DNA of 64,000 bases. Source: Candidatus Cloacimonadales bacterium. Its GTDB lineage: Bacteria; Cloacimonadota; Cloacimonadia; Cloacimonadales; JAIOQZ01. The notes under the pieces are model-generated. The model was not told the DNA's origin. It ran no database searches and saw nothing but the letters and a program-made list of their open reading frames with translations. Position numbers and translations under genes: made by a program. Within the stretch, counting starts at the first letter, position 1. Every line of letters starts with the position of its first letter. Below are positions 18,841 through 29,780 of the stretch, piece after piece. The stretch covers positions 2,304,034-2,368,033 of the forward strand of contig CAXXTU010000002.1 of assembly GCA_963662655.2 (NCBI GenBank), in the 5' to 3' direction.

Positions 18841-19329
18841 TTATTGCTGATTGATGTATTGTTCGATCCATTTTTGTCGGGTAGTCTGTCTCTCCCAGAT
18901 GGAGAGGTCGTCGGTGACTTGTGCCCAGTTGAGGGACATCCCGAGCTTCGCGACCTCTCGCAAAGCCCATCTGAGGTGCGGCTCGATGGTGTCGAGCGAT
19001 TGGATGAGCATTTCATCGACTCGTTTATCGAAGCGGACTCCTTTGTCGGGATCACTCGGTCGTCGTTTGCTCAGTAGTATCATAAGGGGCTTTCCCTTCT
19101 CATGAGACAATGGTGCGACGGCATAGAGCTTGCAGATAAGCCATGCAACACTACGACGTGGTGCGGATTGGTTTTTCTGCCGTAATGGCCACCAGATGCC
19201 GGTAAAGATGTCGAATCCTTGCAGGCTTTCGTCGAGTCCTTGATCGGCATGGGTGCGCAAGAGGCTGAGCTCGCCCGATTTCAGCTTCGAAAGGCCGATA
19301 ATGAATCGATAGGTGCTGATACTTGCCAT
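18841..19329 (-). CDS. cas11: Cas11 (Cse2/CasB small subunit)
   Basis: Position between cas8e and cas7, and 162 aa when started from the ATG at 19329 (MASISTYRFI...). The cas8e stop (19331-19333) ends 1 nt upstream of this ATG. The track start at 19392 lies inside cas8e. Confidence 0.75.
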   Translation of the reverse strand: MASISTYRFIIGLSKLKSGELSLLRTHADQGLDESLQGFDIFTGIWWPLRQKNQSAPRRSVAWLICKLYAVAPLSHEKGKPLMILLSKRRPSDPDKGVRFDKRVDEMLIQSLDTIEPHLRWALREVAKLGMSLNWAQVTDDLSIWERQTTRQKWIEQYINQQ

Positions 19330-19330
19330 C

Positions 19331-20815
19331 TTACTTGTCCTCCTTCGGGAGCCTGGGACGTAGCCGCTTGATCTCCCTGCGCTTCTTGGCATCCCTGATT
19401 GTCACATCCGGAGCGAGCGATTCCGCTGCTGCTTTCATGAACGGTGCATATTCGTTTGCAGCATCATCCCATGTGTAATCGCCATTGCCCGAAAGCAAAT
19501 CGGTCATGTGATTCGCGACCTGTTCCTCGACGTGAGGACGGGATAGCCGGGAGATGAAGGCGGTACGGGTGGGGGCTTTCTTCTTAGCATTCTTTTGCTC
19601 TTCTTTATCCTTGCGTTTTTTCTCGTAGTCTTTATCATTGTATTTCCAAAGGACATCATGAATTCTTTCCGATAGATATGTTATCGCATTTCCCCATAAA
19701 TCACGACGAGCTTCATCTAATGACATTGCTGGGATTGTTACCATTTGTTCCCATGTATCAACCCCCTTGCTATTCTGGCTATCGATAGAAAAGACAACAA
19801 AATGTATCTTATTTCCCCTTGAAAAAGGTATCCAATCACGGTGTTTCAAAATAGTGAGGAGGGTTTTGTCGATCGATATTTTCGGAGTTTTTATTGGGTC
19901 ACTTACACGAAGGATTTTCGTTTCGTATTTGGTTTCCTTCTTTTTCGGTATCACTTTCGTCGCCCATAATACATGAGGATCCTGCCATTCCAACCCCTTT
20001 GACCATCCCGCTTCTTGCATGTATATCGTCCTGATGAATAGAAAGTGATTTTCCCCGCAAACCGAACATGGTTCTCCTCCGCTTTCCGTCTCGTTAAGAA
20101 AGACTTGCACAGGAATGGAGGTTAATCCCTGTAATAAGGACACTGGGTTAGACGGTTGCAAAAAAGGCTGTTCAGTTGTCCATGAGGGCAATCCAGGATT
20201 ATCCCCGGGATTCCAATTCAACCGGATCGTATGAAGAAGCGTTCCTGAATCAAAGAACCAGTAAACTGGAGGAACACCGTTGATACCGTGACTCAGTTTC
20301 GTGAAACCACTCATCGAGAATACGGGGGGTCTCAACAACGCCATTGCAGCGCACGAGGGACAGACTCCGTTTTCACTGTCTATAACATGACGGAAATGCC
20401 AGGAGTTATGTCCGCTTGGCAACTCATGAAACAGATTCGTGACAGGTTTCTTTTTCTGTGGTTTTATTTTTTGCAGGTTTGGAGCCAATTCTATATCCTG
20501 ATAAAACCTCTTCCCGTCTCCCAGCAAGTTGAAGCAATCATGTTGCCCTCTAAGGAAGGTGATCCACTCCATCGGTATCCCATTACCGTTTGCAGGAAAT
20601 GGCTTCCCTGTCCGGTCCGCGCACCAGTAGCACACAGCCAGCAGAAAGCGGAAGACTGCGAACCGGTCCATGGGGTTGCTGGGGGCGATCTGTCGTATCG
20701 CTGCTGCCTTATCGAGCGTTTCGATGATGCCAAGTCTTTCATTGTCTCCGTGAAGCGTCAGGACAGGCAACCATTTCTCATCGAGAAGATTGTAGCGTTG
20801 ATCGTTTGCGCACAT
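19331..20815 (-). CDS. cas8e: Cas8e (Cse1/CasA large subunit)
   Basis: The N-terminus YNLLDEKWLPV parallels E. coli CasA (MNLLIDNWIPV). 494 aa, first gene of the operon, SD AAGGAG upstream. Confidence 0.85.
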   Translation of the reverse strand: MCANDQRYNLLDEKWLPVLTLHGDNERLGIIETLDKAAAIRQIAPSNPMDRFAVFRFLLAVCYWCADRTGKPFPANGNGIPMEWITFLRGQHDCFNLLGDGKRFYQDIELAPNLQKIKPQKKKPVTNLFHELPSGHNSWHFRHVIDSENGVCPSCAAMALLRPPVFSMSGFTKLSHGINGVPPVYWFFDSGTLLHTIRLNWNPGDNPGLPSWTTEQPFLQPSNPVSLLQGLTSIPVQVFLNETESGGEPCSVCGENHFLFIRTIYMQEAGWSKGLEWQDPHVLWATKVIPKKKETKYETKILRVSDPIKTPKISIDKTLLTILKHRDWIPFSRGNKIHFVVFSIDSQNSKGVDTWEQMVTIPAMSLDEARRDLWGNAITYLSERIHDVLWKYNDKDYEKKRKDKEEQKNAKKKAPTRTAFISRLSRPHVEEQVANHMTDLLSGNGDYTWDDAANEYAPFMKAAAESLAPDVTIRDAKKRREIKRLRPRLPKEDK

Positions 20816-20946
20816 TGGTGTCTCCTTGCTAGTGGATTGAGGATCATATAATTCTAAAGCAATGTTATAGCGATATCAGGCATGGAAAATGCCGCAACAA
20901 TGACACACATACATTTAAGATGATGCGATGATTCTTTTTTGCCATA

Positions 20947-21144
20947 TCAATAAACTATATCGCTTAATGTCAAACGATTTGTGCCTATAGCTAAAAGCGG
21001 CAGAGGATTCTCCTGCCTTGAAACTTGCTCAATCCTCATATGAATCACCTCCCCAAACGGCGGTATGAAACGCTCTTGTTCCGTGACGCCCCACAGTGTC
21101 GGATATTCGCAGGATTCGGGCATTGAGATGGCGGGATGGTTCAT
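20947..21144 (-). CDS. Small hypothetical ORF (65 aa) upstream of cas8e, on the same strand
   Basis: Strong SD (TTAGGAGGAACCC-ATG). No recognisable domain. It sits where cas3 is found in canonical I-E loci. Confidence 0.3.
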   Translation of the reverse strand: MNHPAISMPESCEYPTLWGVTEQERFIPPFGEVIHMRIEQVSRQENPLPLLAIGTNRLTLSDIVY

Positions 21145-21382
21145 GGGTTCCTCCTAATGAGGTTTGGGGGATGGGTAGGACGAGGCATACATGATGAGCT
21201 GCTTTTCCCGTTCGGCGATCCGCGAGCGCTCAGACAATACAATTGAATACCGACAAAACTGATATTTCAGATTGTAAAGATTGGTGTTGAGATAGCCTCT
21301 AATGAATCAGATTCATTAAGATAATTTACTTGACATGTACATGAGTATTCATTCTTCATTAAAAAAACTTCTGGAGCCATCT

Positions 21383-24300
21383 ATGAAACTTTTTTTACTT
21401 ACGACACTTTTCGTTTTCACTCTCAGTTTTATTTTTGCCGATGGCGTACAGCCGTCGGGGGCAGGTACAGAGTCAAGTCCATATCAAATCGCGAGTCTCG
21501 ATAACCTGTTGTGGCTCAGCACGAATTCATCGTATTGGGGCGATTACTTTATGCAGACGGCAGACATCGATGCATCCGACACACAGAACTGGAATTCAGG
21601 CGCGGGATTTTCGCCGGTCGGTACTGAAGGCGATCCATTCTCAGGTGATTTCAACGGCCAGGGTAATGTGATTTCCAATTTGACGATTAATCGACCTTCT
21701 TTGGGAGGATGTGGATTATTTGGCTATACCGATGGAGCATAACTTCACGATATTCATTTGGAGAATGTACAGATTTCGAGTGAATCTAATGCGGGTACTA
21801 TTGCTGGATTCAATCTAAACACAAGTCTCTATCGATGTTCTGCAACCGGAACATTGACAGTCGATCATCAGTCTGTAAATTCCAATAGCTACGCAGGTGG
21901 TCTGATAGGCAGACATACAAGCTTCGATGGAGTGACCGCGAATATCATTGAATGCTACACTGATGTCGAAATAACAGCGAATGGCGACCGCGTTGGAGGT
22001 ATCACGGGGCTTGTTCTTTCAGGTTATCAGAGTACAGTCGGTGGAGATATTTTAATCTCCAACTGCTACAGTCAAGGAAGCATTTCTGCGAACAACCATG
22101 TTGCAGGATTGGTGGGCAGAATCCCAGACTGGGCTACCACGCCTGGTACGGTTGAAATCGTCAATTGCTACAGCACAACTTCAGTAACGGGAAACAATAC
22201 ACTTGGCGGATTGATTGCCGAACGTGGAATCGGAACTGTGACCACGTCTTTCTGGGATACCGAAACATCGGGTCAATCCTCCAGCGCTGGCGGTACAGGA
22301 CTTTCCACAGCAGAAATGAAGGACTTCTTCACCTACTACGATGCCGAATGGGACTTCATGAATGAATCACCGAACGGTACGAACGATCGATGGGGAATGA
22401 ACAGCGCTGATAATGGCGGTTACCCCTTCCTCTCTATCCAGGGTTACGAGAACGACTGGCCCAAACTGCCCGACGGTAACGGAAGTGAAGCGAACCCCTG
22501 GGAGATATCGACAATCCAGCACCTGTTGTGGTTGTCCATGCATGATGATGCCTGGGGAGGCAGCGATTACATCATCCAGACGGCAGATATAGACGCATCA
22601 GACACCCAGAACTGGTTCGATGGCGCGGGATTCTTGCCTGTCGGAAACGCTGACCAGAAGTTCATGGGTGAATACGATGGAGCAGGTTATTCAATATCAA
22701 ACCTTTACATCAATCGTCCCGCAACGGACAATGTAGCGTTGTTCGGCTTTACCGACCAAGCCAATCTATCCGACGTTCACCTGGTCAATGCAAATATCGT
22801 GGGGCAGGCTAAGGTGGGAGCCCTTGTTGGTCATGCTCACACCACGAATGTCCATAGCTGCTCGGCTACGGGCAATGTTACAGCCAATCACCAGACGGTA
22901 AACAACAATAGCTATGCAGGTGGATTAATCGGATCGTATGTATCGAATGAGAGTTCTTCCGCCAGCATTACATCCTCATATACAGACGTTAATGTAGATG
23001 TTATGGGAGATGTCGCAGGCGGTCTGATTGGGCTGATCTCGTCTGGATTTCAGGCAACACCCGGGGGTGACGTTCTCATCTCCAATTGCTACACGCGTGG
23101 CTCCGTAATCGGGCAAGCCAGGATTGGCGGGATGATCGGTAGAATCCCCGACTGGGCATACGTGCCCGGTACGGTTGAAATCGTCAATTGTTACAGCTCG
23201 ACGATCGTGTCGGGAAATTCTTTAGTTGGCGGTTTGATTGGCGATCGTGGAACCGGAACCTTAACCTCGTCTTTCTGGGATACGGACGTCTCAGGACAAT
23301 CCTCCAGCGCTGGCGGCACGGGGATGATAACAGCCGACATGAAGCACGCGCAATACTTCTACGAAGCAGGCTGGGATTTCGCCGGTGAAACGCAAAACGG
23401 TTCGGATGATATCTGGGGTCTCAATAACAATAAAAACAACGGCTATCCCTTCCTGATGTGGCAGGGATTTGCAAATACCGATTACTGCGTATTTGCCGGT
23501 TCCGGTACCGAGGCCGATCCCTATCAGGTATCGAGTCTCAACCACCTGAGAGAATTGAGTAGTCTTGCGTCGATATGGGATGATCACTTCATTCAGACCG
23601 CTGATATCGACGCGACCGGTACACAAAGTGATCCTTTTGTCCCAATTGGGAACGGTACGAATAAATTCGAAGGATCATACGATGGCAACGGCTTCCAGAT
23701 CACGAATCTGAATATTGATCGAAATGCTGATTATAATGGACTCTTCGGATACGCGTTGAACTCGACTATCACAAACATACATCTGGTTGATGTCGAGATA
23801 GATGGAAACAATTACACGGGTACACTAATTGGATATGGCAATAACGTTCATGTGACGAAATGCTCCGCAACAGGCAATCTTCATGGTGATAATTATGTTG
23901 GTGGTTTGATAGGATTTACCAGATACACTGGCAGCAATGGATCGTATGTAAGTGAATGCTGGACCAATGTTAGAGTTTTCTCATACACTCAATATGCTGG
24001 AGGACTCATTGGTTTCATAGTGAATGGCGATTCCCAGGTATCAACCACGTTTACGATCGAAAACTGTTATGCTCGCGGATGGGTACAATCAACGAATTAT
24101 ACCGGTGGACTCATCGGATATATATTGGTTGAATCATATCAAACCGCATCAGTAAAGAATTGCTTCAGCGCTGGACGTGTAGTGTGCTCGTTTAGTAACT
24201 ATGGAGGTTTGATAGGTTATAAAACACCCACCTGTGATGTTTTAAACTGTTTCTGGGATATGACGAATTCATACACGAATTCAAGTAATGGCGGAACGGG

Positions 24301-26200
24301 TAAGACAGCATCTGAGATGTTTGATCTCGCTACCTATACCGACCTGTCAACCGATGGATTGACCACTGCCTGGGACTTCGTTTGCAACCCCAATGACGAT
24401 ACCGGAAACGATGATATATGGGTGATGAATCCCCCCATCTATCCGGTGTTTAGCTGGCAGGAGGTGCCACCCGTGGTGGCAACGATCGAAGCGACCAATA
24501 TCACGACCAACAGCGCCGAAGCAGGCGGTATGGTCGGGTATGCCCGGGTCGATGCACCGGTCGCACGGACGGCGAGTGCGAGCAAAGAAGTGCCCCAAAC
24601 GCGGAACCAGCAGAAATCGTTCAAACAGGTTACCACCAAGGATCGCGCCGACGTAACGGCAAGAGGCGTGTGCTGGAGTACCTCGGCCAATCCCACGCTG
24701 GAAGACTTCTACACCGTCGATGGAAGCGGACTGGGGTCATTCACCTCGACGCTGACCGGATTGAGTGAGGGTACGATATACTACTATCGGGCCTATGCAA
24801 CCAGCGTCAACGGCACCGGTTACGGAGAAGAATACAGCTTCGTCACCCTCTTCTCACCCGCCGACAACGAATTTCCCGCCAACGGCGCGACAGGCTTACC
24901 GCGACAGGTAACCGTCAGCTGGCGTTTCAGTGGAAGCGCCGAGCTAACAGGATTCAAGGTGTACAAAGGTGAGACACAGGTTGGCGACCCCGTTCCCGTG
25001 TGGAATTTTGGAGAGAATACTCAGTACAACATGGCGATGCCGCTTGCCGATTGGGGCGAAACGGTCACCTGGAAGATCGTGCCTTACAACGATAACGGCG
25101 ACTGCACGGCTCCGGTTGTTTGGAGCTACACGACGATGGACGAACCGGCGGAACCGGATCAGGTTCCCACCGAAATCGTCTATGCCAGTTTAGAGGGTGT
25201 GTCCGTTACCAATCCCTCTCCTATCTTTTTCCCGTCGATTATCCTGGAGGAATTTGGTTTCCAGCCGACGTTGACCTATGGCTTCGGAACCGCGCCTTCC
25301 AATGCGACGATCGGTGGCATCGTCCGTGATTTACCGACTCATCTGCTCCCGCACAGCGAGTTCTGCACGGTGGCTTTCACCGCCGATATCCCTTCCGGCA
25401 TCCAGACGCTGATCGAGCTGTTCTACAGCTACACCTTGCATTCCAACGAGCTTGCCTGGTGGAATGGCTCGAGCTGGCAGGATATCACGATCTCCAGCGG
25501 AGCTGATTTCTCAACCCCTGGAACCGTGGTCTTCACATGGACATCGACCGGACGCGGTACCGACGAATTTGTGGTCAACAATGGCGATGGAACGACCCTG
25601 CCGGTCGAGATGTCTTCGTTCACCGCTACCGTTACCTCGCAGAATTATTCGAAGATCAACTGGACGACCCAATCCGAGAGCGATATGGCAGGGTACAATC
25701 TCTATCGCACGGATGAAAATAGCCTCGAAGATGCTCTGAAGATCAATCTGGATATTATCCCTGCCGCAAATGCAACCGAAGCGACCAGCTACGAGTTTCT
25801 CGACCAGGATGTTACGAAGGATGCGCAGTACTTCTACTGGCTTGAGAGCGTGGAACTTGGCGGAGGTTCATCCATGCATGGTCCGGTCACGGTGACAATC
25901 ACCGAGGATGGCGGTTCCGGCGATACGCCCGAAATTACGTTTTCAACCAAGTTTACCGGTACGTACCCGAATCCGTTCAACCCGGTGACGACGATCAGCT
26001 ATACGCTGGAAGCGAATCGCACCGTCCGGTTTTCCATGTTCGATCTGAAGGGCAGGAAAGTTGGTTCGTTATCGCAGCATGGCGAAAAGGGTCGCAACAC
26101 CCTGACCTGGAACGCAAAGGACCTACCCAGCGGAATCTACTTCATCCGGATGAACGCCGGCGATGTCGAGCAAGTTCGCAAGGTCATGATTCTGAAATAG
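21383..26200 (+). pseudogene. GLUG-repeat giant surface protein with a T9SS C-terminal domain, interrupted by one in-frame TAA at 21740-21742
   Basis: ORFs 21335..21742 and 21758..26200 share one frame. The sequence reads ...LFGYTDGA*LHDIHLENVQI..., which aligns to the module consensus LFG[YF]T....[IL]..[IV]HL.N. Signal peptide MKLFLLTTLFVFTLSFIFA from the ATG at 21383. Repeated GGLIG (GLUG) motifs and SSAGGTG.[ST].EM...GWDF...GYPFL.WQG modules. Ends with the NPFNP sorting tail. Confidence 0.8.
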
Positions 26201-26221
26201 CTTAATGACTTGATTTATATA

Positions 26222-26252
26222 ACGGGAGAGCCATCGACGGCCCTCCCGTTTT
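26222..26252 (+). terminator. Rho-independent terminator after the GLUG-1 gene
   Basis: ACGGGAGAGCC-atcgac-GGCCCTCCCGT followed by TTTT, 22 nt after the stop. Confidence 0.75.
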
Positions 26253-26835
26253 CTATCTCTATATCTGGCTACGACTTCTGTCTCGCCGTTTTCCCTTTCC
26301 TCTTACCGTTCACAGCCTCCAGGGCGATGATGATCACGCTTTGGGTGTGTCCTCACGGGTGACGATATGCAGACTGGCGGATATCCTTGATGTGCGCCGT
26401 GATATACGCCAGCACGTTGCCGTTTTCGCCCTTGAAAGCAGCCCTCATGCTACCTGAAATCTTCGCGTTGATAATCATCGTCTTCGGGGTGATCTCTGTG
26501 GTCTTTTACGTCTCCATCGGGCGGTCGCTTCGCGATCGGCAAGGGCCGTTCCCCATGGGAACGCATAAGTCTCCTTTGTGTCTCTAAGTATGTCTCTACG
26601 ATAAAGATCGCGAACAGAAAATCAAGTGCTTTGGGTGTTATATGTGCTGTTTTATCAGTGGGTTATGTTGGTCGATCGCACTCATTAATACGATCTTTCT
26701 CGTCGAAAACACAGTATTCAGAAAGTTATTGTGAGATTATTGTGAAGTCCTAAGAAAATCTGAAGTCTTGCTTGACACGATCTGAAAGATTATTAAAATC
26801 ATGAATAATTGGGATGAATATTTAGGGAGTTAGCC

Positions 26836-28428
26836 ATGAGATACCTCACAATTGCCATCTTACTCACCACTTGCGTACTGCTATCCGCCGAAAACCACCT
26901 CGACATCGTATGGGAGCAACAAGGCGAACAGCCAAGTGATAGCTATGGTTTCTATGTCATTTCACTCGATTTCAACGGCGACGGAATCGACGATCTGGCA
27001 ACAAGTGCGTATAGGCATCAATATATCGACGGCTATCCCATGCTTCGCGGGAAACTGTACCTTTATTTCGGGTCTAATGAAGGATTACCTGATTCAGCAA
27101 GCATGGAAGTAGCTATCACGGTTGATACAACGTATTCTTGGTATGCGTCATGGTTTGATATATGCAATCTAGGGGATATGAATGGTGATGGGTGTGATGA
27201 TATCGGATATACGCAATGGGAGAGAACTTACGAAGATGACTATATCTATACGAGTTATTGCAAGATTCTTCTTGGCAGCACTGTCAATGACACGATTCCC
27301 GATTACGCTTTTCTCGTGGACGACCGCATGAGCTTAATCAACCCATTGGGTGATATCAACGGCGATGGTTACGACGATGCTGGGATAACGGAGGATAACG
27401 GTCCTGTCTCCTACTATATCGTCTATGGCGGATCGTTTGAAATGGTACCGTTCGTTGAGGATCTCGATACGGACGGTCACTATGGATTCCGTGGATTAGG
27501 TGATGTAAACGGCGATGGATATGACGATTTCAACTATTACTACCGATATGACTGGAATGGTGAATCTTATCCATACCACAACTGCTTTTTCTTTGGTGGA
27601 GCTGTGCAAGATACGGTTCCCAATTACCATATTGTTCATCACTCAGCAAACAATACATTCATTGAACTCGCTCCTGCTGGAGACTGGAATAATGATGGAT
27701 ATGATGATTTTGTATTCACGGGCTATGATATTCCAGAAGATGGTAGCATATCTCCTGGTTGCCGATTATGGCGTGGCGGAGAAGAAATCAATTGGGATAA
27801 CTATGGGTATATCGAATACTACTCTTTCTTTTATCCAGCTTTTGGTGACCTGAACAATGACGGTAAAGGAGATTTAGTTAAGCCTTATCACATACCTACC
27901 TCAAATTCAGGAGGAATCCTTTATTTCTACTTGGGGGACCAGAATGGGACGATGGATTATCATCGAGGTAATACTCAAGCTGGCTATGGTATGGCTTATG
28001 CACATGCTGTTGGTGACTTCGATAACGACGGTTTCGATGATATTGCAGTAGGTGCGTATGGAAATGACAGCAACTATAATACAAACTGGGGATATGTTTA
28101 CGTTTATGGCGGACATGATAACCTGGTAGAGCAAGATCAGGACGCAACGGATGACGAAACCGTACCTCCGGCGGATATCACGTTCAATGCCTACCCGAAT
28201 CCGTTCAATCCAGAAATATCGTTTGAGATAAAGAGCAATCAGGATTATAAAAATTTGAGGATAGAGATATTCAATACCAAGGGTCAAAAAGTGGAAATGA
28301 TTCCTATAAAAACAACGCGAGAGACCATCACTTGGAATGCCGGTGCGCATGCTAGTGGCGTCTATTTCTGCAAACTCAATGCCGGAAGGAAAATATTACA
28401 GACAAGGAAGGTGACTTTGATTAAGTAA
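26836..28428 (+). CDS. FG-GAP/VCBS-repeat secreted protein with a T9SS C-terminal sorting domain
   Basis: Seven Ca-binding-like repeats: DFNGDGIDD, GDMNGDGCDD, GDINGDGYDD, GDVNGDGYDD, GDWNNDGYDD, GDLNNDGKGD, GDFDNDGFDDIAVGA. Signal peptide present. C-terminus YPNPFNPEISFEI...KVTLIK. Confidence 0.85.
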   Translation: MRYLTIAILLTTCVLLSAENHLDIVWEQQGEQPSDSYGFYVISLDFNGDGIDDLATSAYRHQYIDGYPMLRGKLYLYFGSNEGLPDSASMEVAITVDTTYSWYASWFDICNLGDMNGDGCDDIGYTQWERTYEDDYIYTSYCKILLGSTVNDTIPDYAFLVDDRMSLINPLGDINGDGYDDAGITEDNGPVSYYIVYGGSFEMVPFVEDLDTDGHYGFRGLGDVNGDGYDDFNYYYRYDWNGESYPYHNCFFFGGAVQDTVPNYHIVHHSANNTFIELAPAGDWNNDGYDDFVFTGYDIPEDGSISPGCRLWRGGEEINWDNYGYIEYYSFFYPAFGDLNNDGKGDLVKPYHIPTSNSGGILYFYLGDQNGTMDYHRGNTQAGYGMAYAHAVGDFDNDGFDDIAVGAYGNDSNYNTNWGYVYVYGGHDNLVEQDQDATDDETVPPADITFNAYPNPFNPEISFEIKSNQDYKNLRIEIFNTKGQKVEMIPIKTTRETITWNAGAHASGVYFCKLNAGRKILQTRKVTLIK

Positions 28429-28547
28429 TTGAAGCATCTCCCTGTACCCGGAGCTTTGCCTTGTGTACATGGTTGAAATACTTTCGTTCGTCTTTGATTC
28501 TGGTTTATCATATTACTGACAAAATTGTGCAAAAACTGGCAAGCTAC
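27721..28547. repeat. Copy A of a ~825-bp dispersed direct repeat (3' third of the FG-GAP gene plus 119 nt downstream)
   Basis: Collinear with 36891-37713. The downstream tail ttgaagcatctccctgtacccggagctttgccttgtgtacatggttga...ctggcaagctac is nearly identical in both copies. Confidence 0.85.
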
Positions 28548-29716
28548 AAATGCCTGGGACGTATATGGGACGAAGCGGGCAATTTCGGCAGTTTCTGCCC
28601 CCCCTGGGACGGCTTATGGATCGACATCATGCGTGAATATCGCGTCGTTGTAGTCGACCCAGAAATCCCCGCTCGCAAAGCCGGCATCATACCCGGGGCA
28701 GCCTTGATTCCGGGCACCTCGTCGATCATCTTCTTGATTTTCTCTCGGGAGTCCTGATAATCATGAAACTCCTGTGCAAGCTCTTCCTTTCGGGGCTCAT
28801 ATGCCTGAAGCCAAAGCACCGACAGTTCAAAACTCTGGGTATTCTTCATTTTCTCTATCTTATCGGCTTGTTCCTTGTCGCCGGTTTGCTCGTAGAGTTC
28901 AACAAGTTTCTCAATTGTTATGATCGTGATTGATTTTACTGCTCGCACAAGCAAGGATTCAGCCTCGGAAAACCTGCCCTGATCAACATACAGGTTTGCC
29001 AGATTCATCAATGTGGCTGCTGTAGCAGGATGTTCTGGACCTTCGATCCTTTCATGAATCGCTAGCACTTTCTGGAAGTAGGACTCTGCTTTATCGTACT
29101 GCCCCTTTTGAATATACACAACTCCCAGTCCAGTTATAGGACCTGTAACCGTATGATCAGGTCCCATGAGATTTTCATATATTTTCAGGGCTTGCTTAGA
29201 AAGTGGTTCTGCTTTCTCTGGTGTTTCCCGACTAATATATAGTCCCGCTAAATAGTGATGAGATGCAGCTCTATGCAGATGATTCATGCCCAGAACTCTC
29301 TTTCTCATATCAATCGATTTTTTGAAGTCTGCGATTCCTTGATCGAATTTGTACTAAGCGCTGTTCCAATGACCTGGCTGATAGTAATATTCCGCTGCCT
29401 TGATTTCTTCACCACTCACATCATAATGTCGGGCAATTTCCTCTGCGTGTTCGCCGAGTTGCTCTTTGTCATCCTGATAAACGGCGGTATGTGACGGATC
29501 ATGTGGAATTCTCCCTTATTGTGATATATCCTTTACGGCAGATTTTGCAAGATATGTCAACCTATTCGATTGAGCTATGCCTTCTTGTGGATGTGAAGTA
29601 TACAGATCAAATCCCCTGAATTGAATGAAAGAGGATTCATCAAGTATTTTTACATCAAGGAGAGAACCGATATAGTGCAGAATGTATTGGAAATCACGCG
29701 AATGAATTGTGTTCAT
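28544..29716 (-). pseudogene. Remnant of a TPR-repeat (STAND/AAA-TPR-like C-terminal) gene with two in-frame stops
   Basis: One frame reads MNTIH...DISQ*(TAA 29516-18) GRIPHD..LGEHAEEIARHYDVSGEEIKAAEYYYQPGHWNSA*(TAG 29354-56) YKFDQGIADFKKSIDMRKRVLG..., then TPR units (LAGLYISRETPEKAEPLSKQALKIYE..., LANLYVDQGRFSEAESLL). No upstream NTPase domain is present. Confidence 0.6.
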
Positions 29717-29780
29717 AAGTTTTTTACTTGACCTTTAGATGGACTTTTCGCGTATTTATGAAAAACTTCTGGAGCACAGT

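Noticed and set aside
26255-26835. Short minus-strand ORFs in the 580-nt gap (e.g. a 38-codon ORF after AAAGGAGACTT-ATG at ~26555; the MIINAKISGSMRAAFKGENGNVLAYITAHIKDI peptide)
   Set aside because: They are too short and fragmented across frames, with no recognisable family. They may be a decayed gene remnant, but I cannot support a call.
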